Source: Pseudogymnoascus verrucosus (taxonomy: Eukaryota). From it: 64,000 nt of DNA. Position numbers and translations under genes: made by a program. Of the stretch, positions 35,594 to 45,438 are shown piece after piece; position 1 is the stretch's first letter; every line of letters starts with the position of its first letter. A model generated the notes under the pieces. The model saw only the letters and a list, made by a program, of their open reading frames with translations, ran no database searches and had not been told where the DNA came from. The stretch lies in NCBI GenBank assembly GCA_001662655.1, contig KV460220.1; one strand, given 5' to 3'.

Positions 35594-35668
35594 TACTTAT
35601 GGAGTCGCACGGTGGAAAGGCCGTCGAAGGGCTTTCGCAAGCCTTTCCACCGTGCGACTCCATAAGTA
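35594..35668 (+). repeat. 75-nt hairpin H2, downstream of orphan gene B
   Basis: TACTTATGGAGTCG...CGACTCCATAAGTA, a perfect 28-bp outer stem with GGGCT loop; 61/75 identical to the reverse complement of H1. Confidence 0.95.
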
Positions 35669-35945
35669 ACGGGCGCGAGTGGTTAGAGCTTTCGCTGTTA
35701 GTAACCCATTATCAAACACGGAAAGGGACTCACAATCTTGGACACCCGCCACAGCCATGACCGATCCCCCGGCCCTCAACACATTTCACGTTTCAACGGA
35801 AAGAGGTTTCGGATATGGAATATGCTTGAAGAATGACTGAAAAACGATTCTCAAGTTTAATATATACACACTCGCCCCATATCGATGATGTCGTCCCCAT
35901 TGTTAAACATACTTGACACTCGACCCCAGTTCACCCCCGACCACC

Positions 35946-36695
35946 TCAGTCTAAGTCCGCCTCAGAAGAATCCCCCCCCGTGCCACTCCCTCTATCCCCC
36001 GTGCCGCTCCCTCCTGGCCCATCTTTTCGCCCCCTGCTGACAATGTGTAGCAAATTCAGGAGCAGGGTGTTGGTATATTTTTGTTGAGTAAGAATGTCCT
36101 GTTGGGTGGTGGCGTATGCTTTCCAGAACGCGTCGGTCATCCTCTGATGCTCTCGGGTCGCTTTGATTTCAATATCAACGGCTGCGCGTGCAGATTGGGC
36201 TTCTCTGCGTTCTACTTCGGCTCTCCCCCGCTCGCTCGCCGCCGCTCCCCGCTCACTCGCCGCCGCTCCCCGTTCGGCCGCCGCCCTCCCCCGCTCGCTG
36301 GCCGCTGCTCCCCGCTCGTTGGCCGCCCTCCCCCGCTCACTGGCCGCTGCTCCCCACTCGTTGGCCGCCCTCTCCCGCTCGCCGGCTGCTGCTCCTCGTT
36401 CGGCTGCCGCAGCTCCTCGTTCGGCTGCCGCAGCTCCTCTCTCCGTCCCCGCATCTCTCCGTTCGGCCACCACTGCCGCTGCCTCCGTAGTCGCAGCTGC
36501 TCTCTCTGCAGTTACTACTGGCGGAGTAAGCAAGTCTGCCGCCCATGTACCCGCGAACCATCTCCGGATAAACGCAGTTGAGGATCCAAACATGATCCCT
36601 ATGTGGACAATTATCCCGATGATAAGAGCAGCATACTGCCACTCTAGACTTGGCGCCTGCGATTCGGTAGGTGTTGGCTTAATTGTTGTAGTCAT
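35946..36695 (-). CDS. Membrane-anchored protein with 7-aa ERGAAAA-type tandem repeats (predicted coiled coil), about 249 aa
   Basis: ATG 36695 in ACAATG context, a hydrophobic segment YAALIIGIIVHIGIMFG, and about 12 copies of a 21-nt repeat at about 36200-36460. Confidence 0.7.
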   Translation of the reverse strand: MTTTIKPTPTESQAPSLEWQYAALIIGIIVHIGIMFGSSTAFIRRWFAGTWAADLLTPPVVTAERAAATTEAAAVVAERRDAGTERGAAAAERGAAAAERGAAAGERERAANEWGAAASERGRAANERGAAASERGRAAAERGAAASERGAAASERGRAEVERREAQSARAAVDIEIKATREHQRMTDAFWKAYATTQQDILTQQKYTNTLLLNLLHIVSRGRKDGPGGSGTGDRGSGTGGDSSEADLD

Positions 36696-36829
36696 TGTTA
36701 ATGTATGTGTAGTAAAGTAAGCTGTTCGTCCTCTTTGTTTGTCTTCTTCAACTTCTTCAGACCACATAGTTGGGTTTTGAATGCATGGCGAGACACTTAA
36801 AAAGGGGGAAGGAACGACCGTATACCTCA

Positions 36830-37846
36830 TTATATCAGCGCACTTTTAAACATTTCTGCTTTATATTTCGGTGTCAGCAGCTGTATAATATCAATATCTC
36901 CTCCCTCATATGTAGCTTTAATAGATCCTGCGTCAAATGGTACTGGATCGCCCCAATAACCATGTACATGACTTCTATATTTGATGTCTAGCGGGTTCCG
37001 GCCCTCGCCCAAGTCCAACCAACACGTTATTATCAACGCTACGCCATGACCAAAAAAGTCCATGGCGTCAATCTGGATCTCAGTTGGGCAGGTGTCGCAT
37101 TGGAACAGGCCCGCGCAAGTTAGGCAGTTGAGCTGTGGATTGTTCCAATGGCTTGCTCGACATGTCAACCTCCTCCTTAATTCTATCGATTGTCCATACG
37201 GCACTACAAAATGCCAGTGTGGACAAATGTTTGCATAGACTTTTTTAGGGACCTCTACCTTCTTCCCAACCGGGAGAAGGAGCCAGATTTGATGGCGTAG
37301 TAAAAACCTGCCGTCTGTAATTCGGGGGGTAAACTCCTCGTGGTTCACATGCTTAGTGTCGGAAACACTGCGTCTTGGAAAACTGTAGAATCTAGATAGT
37401 GAAGATAGTAGCTTGCCGTAGTCAAGGCCGCTACGATACAGCTTCATAACCAAGAAAAATGTGACAGAGGTGAATCCTCTGCATATATGCCAATGGACAG
37501 ATGATGCACAATCTGCCATCGTGCATGGTGATCGACTATTTACTTGCTGTGCTCGACTATGGAGAATCTCACAATCAAGGCACAGGATGTGCCGTGGTAG
37601 ATCTCTCTGTAGGATATCCAGGAAAACTGGTCTATCGAGTCCATCTTGCTGATCTTCCCGAAGCCGATCAAGGTACTGGCTCCCCAGAATAAACCAGACC
37701 GAACGACAGGTCAAAGTAAACGAGACGGCGGCTGAGAGAGGGAGGAAGGTAGCTATCGACTTGATAATCTCGACGGGTAACTGCTTTAAAAGCGCTCGTG
37801 TGTCTGTCTTCCCGGTTTGGAAATGGGATGCTGGTGGGGACGCCAT
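36830..37846 (-). CDS. F-box domain protein, 338 aa
   Basis: N-terminal LLKQLPVEIIKSIATFLP...F.LTCR F-box motif, CxxC motifs, and a C-terminal C..CPTE....WLDLG pattern seen in fungal F-box proteins. Confidence 0.8.
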   Translation of the reverse strand: MASPPASHFQTGKTDTRALLKQLPVEIIKSIATFLPLSAAVSFTLTCRSVWFILGSQYLDRLREDQQDGLDRPVFLDILQRDLPRHILCLDCEILHSRAQQVNSRSPCTMADCASSVHWHICRGFTSVTFFLVMKLYRSGLDYGKLLSSLSRFYSFPRRSVSDTKHVNHEEFTPRITDGRFLLRHQIWLLLPVGKKVEVPKKVYANICPHWHFVVPYGQSIELRRRLTCRASHWNNPQLNCLTCAGLFQCDTCPTEIQIDAMDFFGHGVALIITCWLDLGEGRNPLDIKYRSHVHGYWGDPVPFDAGSIKATYEGGDIDIIQLLTPKYKAEMFKSALI

Positions 37847-38129
37847 AGTTGCCTGTGTAGCTGTGACTGCTTTGGGACAGGGTAATATATTATAATTCAG
37901 AGTCAGACGAACTACATGCTAAATGTCATGCCACTTATATTAATATATCTCCTGATCTGTTATAGTGGCAGTTAGTCAGGGACGCTATCAAAATGAGTCT
38001 ACAATTACGTCAAATTGTCCAAGTAAGAAGCATGAGTGTCACGTGGAAGCGAAAACGGAAAATGAGAAACTGGAAATATGATAGCAGAGTGTGATCGCTA
38101 GATACTGCAATACAGATTCAGTCTCGAAA

Positions 38130-38631
38130 AGGCTTCGCTCCTCACTTATGCGCTTTTCATCGAAAAGCCAAGAGGAAGCAGCTAAGGCAAGAAAGTACTC
38201 TTGAGACGCTCCATATTTGGCTAGACTTTCGTGTTAGTGATGTACAGCGAGAGGGATGGTTCGGCACGTCACCAGGTCCGATTCCCCTCGTAAAGGTGAG
38301 AACCTTGTGTCCAACTTTGAACCCTGTAACCCCATCGCCAACCTCTACGATCTCGCCAACTGCGTCAAAACCCCCAATCGTATTAATGGCGCCAAATTTC
38401 TCAGTATCCCTATCAGAAGCACCGAATGAGAATTGTTCTTGGCAATCTTTTTCAATGGAAGCGTTGAGGAGGAACAGAGATATCTAGAGGAACCAACCCA
38501 TAATCTCCTGGATTTACTGCAACACAAATGGTTTTCAGTAGCAGATCACCAGCTACGACCTTGTAGTACCCAGGCACATCTTTGACCTCCTGAGTTGCAT
38601 CCTCATTTACCCATAGTCCTTTGTGTGGCAT
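38130..38631 (-). pseudogene. Truncated medium-chain dehydrogenase / enoyl-reductase-like gene (N-terminal GroES-like domain only)
   Basis: Spliced reading gives LLKTICVAVNPGD...GFDAVGEIVEVGDGVTGFKVGHKV...YGASQEY. No Rossmann-fold half follows. Confidence 0.7.
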
Positions 38632-38762
38632 ATTGCGCTTTTTCTTAATAGCTCATGAATGAGAAGTGTGTATTTAAGGCAATATTTGGATACGGTAATA
38701 TTATCTAGACTACTATTATACTTTTATAGGAGCAGTACTTCTCGAAATGTACAATAGTTTAT

Positions 38763-38946
38763 GGTCAGAGTTCATGGTCAGTGGTCTCTGAGTGGCTGTA
38801 CATCAACATCGTGCGCACACTGTGGGGTTTCAATTTACAGAAGAAGACGGACGAATACAGGAAGTGGATTGAGCCGGATACGCGCATAGTGCGCAGCTTC
38901 CTGAGCGTGCCGAACCCGTTCAAGTGTGAGATAACACCGAGGAGCG
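38763..38946 (+). pseudogene. Cytochrome P450 C-terminal fragment
   Basis: LYINIVRTLWGFNLQKK...IEPD...FLSVPNPFKCEITPRS matches the region after the heme-Cys in fungal P450s. The rest of the gene is absent. Confidence 0.65.
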
Positions 38947-39431
38947 TTTTATATATATGTAGAAGTCCTTGACTTTTAAAGTTGTTCCCACGGTGAATAC
39001 TCGTGGTGCAAGTCTCACCGTAGTCCCTGCAGCGAACACAGCTTCCCAGCCCCTTCCAAAGCTTCCAAGCGACAGTATCCAAAAAAAACCACAAAAATAA
39101 CAACCCATGGAAAAATCAAGGCACACCTCACTGCCTCCATTTTGTAGATATTTGCATGGCAGGGGTTCCAACAGCGAGCGAGATTGAGTAAATAGGTATT
39201 ATTAACTAACGAACGATGATCGTGCCGAAAATAAACATAGTCTTCTTACTTTATAAGGACCTTGAAGTAAAGACGTTGAGTTAACAAAAAGAAATCAAAG
39301 CTTCCCAAGTTCGCAGTGACGTGGGCGATGAGAAAATCAGCTGTAAAAAAAATGCAGAGAAACATGTGCCAAGGCTGTATTATTTCCGATGCTATTTTCC
39401 CACTGACTATGTATTCTTGACGGTACTAGTC

Positions 39432-39533
39432 TCTCACCGATGCTGTCTTGTCATCGATACCGTCTTGCCACCAATGCCATCTTCTCATCGGTGCCGTTTG
39501 TCACCGATACTTCTCACTGATGCGCCTTCTCAT
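39432..39533. repeat. Degenerate ~17-bp tandem repeat (about TCACCGATGCCGTCTTG, ~6 copies)
   Basis: Recurrent TCA(C/T)CGAT(G/A)C units in an intergenic region. Confidence 0.6.
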
Positions 39534-40078
39534 CAACCACTCGAGAAATATCTGGATTGTTTAAAAAGCTTTGCACATCCCAATTACATTGTTCCGCCCA
39601 TTACCTCCATTGACTGTCCAGCTGATGCACATGCAAAATCGAGCTTTATGTTTTGAAAACTGATTCCCTAGTTTCGTACTACATCGTTCCTTTTATATAT
39701 CTCCATTCTGGTACAGAAATAGCACTTATGACGCGCACGCAGGGCCAAGACATTGTAATCCAGTATTATTATACACGCCCAGTTTTTCAAGTGAAAATAA
39801 ATATATATGTCTATCTACACTACATCACAGATCGCCGTTGCCATAGAAGGCTTAATTAACACAAAATCGCAGCCTCGTCGGCACCCGGACCCCAACTCCA
39901 CCCCGTCCGCCCGTCCCACCCCCAGCCTCGCGCTAGACCCCTCCACACTCACTCACCCCACGATAACAACAGCACTGATTAACAATCCACTCCTCCACCT
40001 CACCTCTCTCCAGCTCCCAGCTCCCCTCTTATACCCCCCATACCCACCTCCCAAAGCGACCCCTAGATACCTGCCAAA

Positions 40079-40848
40079 ATGCCACCCTCAACCAAAGAAC
40101 CCCGCGCCTCCATAATCGGCCCCGCCTCGGGACCTGAAGCTCCCTTTCCCCTCCGCATGCGCGGCGCAGTCGAAAAGGGTTTCGGACGGGGTTCTAAAGA
40201 AGTTCGTCCTCTCCCCCCCCCCTCTCCCTCCCCTCCTCCCCTCCTCTCCTCCCCCTTACCCCGCAAAAAACTAACCCCCAACCAAGCTCGGCATCCCCAC
40301 CGCCAACCTCCCCGTCACCTCCGCCGCCTGGATCGCGACCGCTGAGTCAGGTGTCTACTTCGGGTGGGCGTCTCTCCAGCTCTCCTCCTCGCACCCCTCG
40401 CACCCTGCGAACGATAAGGAGGCCGATAAGGACGCTGCGGAGTTCGTGCCGGAGGAGAAACAAAAAGAGGGGTGGAGGGTTTTCCCGATGGTGATGTCGA
40501 TTGGGTATAACCCGTTTTATGGGAATACCGTGCGGTCTGCTGTTTGTCCCCCCTGTCTCCCCCCCCATTCCGCCGTCCCCTCAACCCCCTCCCACTCATC
40601 ATTCCGAAAACAAGTATTGACAACAAGAGCAGGAAGTCCACATAATGCACCCCTTCCCCGCCGACTTCTACGGCACCCAAATGGCCCTCAGCATCCTGGG
40701 CTACATCCGTCCGGAATACGATTACGTCGATAAGGAGAGCTTGGTCAAGGATATTAGGGAGGATATGGCGGTTGCGGAGCGCAGTCTGGATAGGGAGGAG
40801 TGGAGGAAGAGGAGGGCGGATGGGTGGTTGTGGGGGGAGGAGGAGTGA
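40079..40848 (+). CDS. FMN1: Riboflavin kinase; exons 40079-40201, 40287-40541 and 40633-40848
   Basis: [35 protein letters not shown]...SA|EVH and GYIRPE motifs; two phase-0 GT-AG introns. Confidence 0.95.
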
Positions 40849-41698
40849 GGGTGAATGAGGGTATGGGTATGGGTGTCAGCGAAGGGAAGGGAAGGGGAAA
40901 ATGATACAACTGGGTCGATGGTGGGGAATGGGGTTAGATCGTTCTAGAATGTAATTGATTCCATACACTAATCACCACCCTATCCTTCCTCGTCCTGTAC
41001 TAGTTCTTCTCGTCTCTCTCGCCCTCGACTATCTTGAATTCCCCCGTCCCGTGTCTGTCCACCCGTCGTCCCTCCCAGCGTAGAGAGCCAATGATGTTAT
41101 ACCCCCAAACTTTTAAATAACCTTCCACCTCCCTCCCTCCTGCCACCCCGTTATAACGAGAGTGGATATAGTAGTAGAGGGAGAGATGAACCATGTTTCC
41201 ATCCCCCACCCAAGACCCCAAGATACCTAATTCCTAATGCCAATTCCAATTACATTTATCTCTTCTCCCACTTCCAATGCATCCTTATAATTACCAAAGA
41301 AACAAGAAAACTTCGAAAAGAAAACCAACGAAAGACAAGTAATGCAAAATGCGGCGCAATGCTGTGTATAGACCGCGATCGCGGCAGTCGTCTCTATATA
41401 TCGCCCGCGAATTCGCGCACGCCATGGCCGCCTCGCGAGGCCGCATATTCGCGTGCCACGGCCCTACTCCCCACCCCACCCCCCACACGCTGCGCGCTAC
41501 TTATATGCGTAGCGCTGCGCTGTGCTGCGTGCGTGCAGCTTTTATTATGCTGATGGCCGGTGTCGTCGTCAGGTGCGACTATGCGGATTCCCGCTTTCTG
41601 AGCGGGCCGGGCCGGAGGTGAAGCACGGGTGGGTGTGATGCGTGCCGGGGGTGTGTTGGTGAGCGTGGGGGTAGTGGTTGTTGTGGTGGTGAGGTGGA

Positions 41699-43891
41699 TT
41701 AGATGCATGGGAGGAACTGCGATATGTTAGCTTTGCCCTCCGCGCGTGTGTGTGAAAGAGGGGAATACTCACGTTCATAACAATCAACATAGGGATATCA
41801 AACACATCCCTCTTAACCGTCCAACAATAACTGCAATCCAGCTTCCCATCCTTCTCCAGCCTCCCAATCCCCCACTCCCCATCAATCCTACTAACCCTCT
41901 CCCCCACGGGCCTCTCCTCCCTCGGCCCCTCCCCGCTACCCACCCCCTCCCCCCCCTCCTTCGTCTGATACTTCAACAACTTACACTTCCTCCTCACGCT
42001 CCCTCTCGAGTCTCCAAACGCCAGTCGCGCGAAATCTTCATAGAATTCTACGACAGAATCATCATCCATCAGCTCAGCGAGCAGCACATACGTCGGCCGA
42101 CCAGGCTGTACATCCATCGCCGCCGGCCTCGTCGCCCTCGGCGTCGCCATCCCGCTTCGTCCCCCCTGGGAGCTCCCCGCACTCGCATCCCCAGAATGTC
42201 CACGGTTGACATTCTCATTCTTCTCCCTCCCCATCAGGACATTCTTCCCCCACCCCGTGAGGAGGCTAAACTCCTTATTCACCGCCGCCACCTCTCCACT
42301 GCGCCTACACACGAGGGTCGGGGTGGAGCAATCGCGCATGAAATCCTCGTACTCGAAGAGCGTGCGCTGGAAGCACTTCTCCATGAAGATGAGATCCTCG
42401 CGATTCAGCGTCTTCGTGCAGCTGATGAATGACGGACGAATGGAGCCGAGCGACTTGGCGATGCGAAGGGTCGCGTTGGCGGAGAAGCGGCGCTGGATGA
42501 AGGCCGTGAGGGCGTGGAAGCCGGTGGTGTAGGAGTACGGCTCTGTGACGGAGGTGTATATAGATGACGGATCTCTCCCGCGTTTCGTCGGCGCCATAAC
42601 GCTCTGGAATTTCGGCACTGGCTTCTGCGGCGCATCTCGCTTAGCAGTCCGGGGGGTAGCAGATTGCGTGAACGCGGTTTTTGGGCTCGTATCGAAGATC
42701 AGGGAAGATTGCTGCGGTGACGCGTTCGCGTCGGTGCTCGGACTCGCGTTGCTCATGGGCCCGGTTTCGATGGCGAAGGCACGCGGGAGGTGGTGTGATG
42801 CGGGGAGGTTGTAGATGTTCCCGCTCGAGTCCTGGCGCGTGAGACTGCCGTAGTCGGAGAGCATGGCGTCGCGCTGCTGGGGGTAGAGCTGGTTATACTG
42901 CACGGTGGCGTTGTTGTACATGTTTCCTGCGTCGAAGGAGCCGCCGTGGGAGGAGCCTGGTTGGTCTTGGGGAGGCGTCTCGGCGGCGCCGGAGGACATG
43001 TGGTTCAGCATGCTGAATTCCATGGCGCCGTAGTGGTTGCCGAAGTTGAGGGAATCGAGGTCGAAGTTGAAGAGCGCGGGGTTGCTAGGGTCGAAGAGCG
43101 CGTTTGCGAAGGGGTTGGTTTCTTGCATCTCGATTTTGGCGGGGGTCATGGAGTTGCCTAGGCCTTGGAGCTGCTGGTTTCCGGCGAAGCTGGGGGAGAG
43201 AGGCGAGGGGTTCGTCATGAACGGCATCGCGTCTGGCATCGGAGGCGCCATTTGCGGGTGGCGGATCTGCTGGAATGGCATAGTGTACGTCGGCGATGTG
43301 GTGACTTGCGGGAAGAATCCGCCTACACCAGGTGAAGAATCAGACGCCGCAGTAGTTGGCGCCTGGCTCGGTGTTCGCCCATTGCGCCCGGCGTTGTAGT
43401 TAGGGCCAAGCACTGGTCGTAGTGCCTCTGGCGGAGCATCGTGAAGGTATTTTGCCTTCTTCCTGACGCCGTCTTGGCATGCATCTGCGAGATTGCGCTT
43501 GATACAGCGTTGACACGGTCTCTCGTCGCCTATTGAAAGTTAGTTTTATCGTAGGAAAATCATCTACCCATAGTAATAGGCAGCTATCCGAGACAATTGG
43601 ACTGCAAGGAGATTCGACCACACAGGCAAAATTATCTATCACATGGGAAAACATACCACAAGTAAGATGTGCTCTCTGACATGCAAAACATGCCCTCCTC
43701 GCCTTCTTCCTCCTCGGCCTCAACGGATCCTTGGGATCCAATTTCGGCTTCTTGGTTTCCCTCCCCTCACCAACTCCATTCTGCGCCGCACCCTCCGCCG
43801 CTCCCTCATCATGCTCCTCTCTCGCATCATACTCATTCTCAGACGCGACATCAGACGAATCGTCCACAATCTCGCTCTCATGTCCCGGCAT
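41699..43891 (-). CDS. acuK: Zn2Cys6 transcriptional activator of gluconeogenesis (AcuK/Ert1-like) with a C-terminal PAS-like domain; exons 43891-43657, 43529-41773 and 41716-41699
   Basis: [31 protein letters not shown]...[40 protein letters not shown], and [22 protein letters not shown]. Confidence 0.92.
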
Positions 43892-45390
43892 CTTCACGTC
43901 TTGTCGCTACTCCGTAGCTATCGTCCTGTCGCCGGGTATCCAATGTCTTAAATCACACCCCAATTCTCCCTTTTCCCTTCTCAGCGCCGAAACAAAAAAA
44001 TCGTCACACCCCACAACGCAAGGGCAATCAGTACGTCCACTTCTCTACGCCGTCTCCGGAGAAACCGTCGTGCGCCTATCCTCTTCCCGAGCCGTCTCGT
44101 GCCGTGGCAGCAGACAGACACCTTTCGCGAAAAATAAATTTCACTCGTCGTACACCGCGCAGTGTAGCTGAAGCTCGTGCGCTGCACCCAGCCGGTCCTG
44201 GCCCGCGTCCAACACGTTGCCGCGGCCTTTCGCTGACCGTCTCCTCTCGTCTCGTCCGTCTCGTCTCGCTTGGCCCGTGTCGTTCAGACAGGGTTACGCA
44301 GCATAAGCCTCTGTATGCGCCTCCTTCGTGTGTGAGCGTGCCGGCCACGTCTACACTCTGCTCGTACAGCTCGTAAGCCCGTCCGTCCTATCCGTTCGCA
44401 ATTCCGCCGTGCCCTTTTCTCGGCCCTGCTCTCTCTCTCGGCTCTCAGCCTCTCAGATTCCCTGCTCTCGTGCGGTCGCTGGACCCGGACCCGTCACGCG
44501 CGTCGTCCGTCGTCGCTGTCGTACCGCCGCCGTGTGCGTTGCTTGCCTCTGCCTGGCTGGCTGTGATGCTGCTGCAGCTACCCGCGTGCAGGCGCGGGGC
44601 GTGTCGAGCTGCGCGTGCGCGTGGGGAGGAGTGGTCGGGGATGTGGTGGCGAGGTCAGACGTGCATGCGGGCATCGCATTGGCGAGGCCGAGGGGGTTGT
44701 TTGGTTTGTTGGTGGTTGTGAGTGCGGCGTCGGGGATTGTCTCGTGAGGTCTTTTCGTTTCTTGTGTTGCTTCGGTATCGGCGTCGGCGTCGGTGGTTGG
44801 GGTTGGAGAGAGCGGGTTTTTCGCAAGCGCTTGCGCTCCTCGGCGATGCGATGCGAGCTGGGGGGGAGTTGGAGGTAGTTGATTGATGTGATTGAGTGGA
44901 GAGTGATGTGGTATGGCCGAGGCTGTGGTGGGTAATGTACGAGTAATGGTAGGCCAATGGAGTAATTGCCCGCGTGGATCGGAGCTAGGAAGGTAAGAAG
45001 GTAGAAATGTGTGGTGTGTGGTGGGTGGTGGGAGTAGAGTAGACTGTGATGGCTATGTCAGTTCCTAGTGTAAGGCAGAAGGTTAAGGCGTGCGGAGAAA
45101 GAAATAGCGCGGTCAAGGTTGGGCGCCGAAAGCCGCATGCGAAAAAAAAAGGGCTGAGGGCTGAAAAGGAAATAAAAGCAGTAAACAGGGCAGGGAAGAG
45201 CGAGCTGCTTTTTTTCACTCGTGGGAAAGGAACCCCGCACCTTGGAAGAGTCTGGGCACTGCCTGTGACTATGACTGCGCCTTAATGTTTTGATAATTTG
45301 TATTTTTGGGGTTTGGGATTCCACATGATATTTTGCGGAGTGGTTACTTGTATTTTTAGCAATTAGTCCGTGAGTGATTTAATGAGGAAG

Positions 45391-45438
45391 GAGAGAGTGA
45401 GAGTGAGTTAGAGAGAGAGAGAGAGAGAAAGGGAGAGT
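45391..45438. repeat. (GA)n microsatellite
   Basis: GAGAGA tract; further CA/CATA tracts lie at about 47545-47650. Confidence 0.85.

Noticed and set aside
35536..35782. ORFs spanning hairpin H2 (MESHGGKAVEG...) and the similar one at H1
   Set aside because: These are by-products of translating the palindrome, with no independent sign of coding.
31000..39300. Starship-type giant transposon as the carrier of the accessory region
   Set aside because: No tyrosine-recombinase captain gene or matching boundary repeats are visible in this window.
41370..41455. Several 10-12-bp CG-rich palindromes downstream of acuK
   Set aside because: They are short and expected by chance in CG-rich sequence, with no repeated unit.
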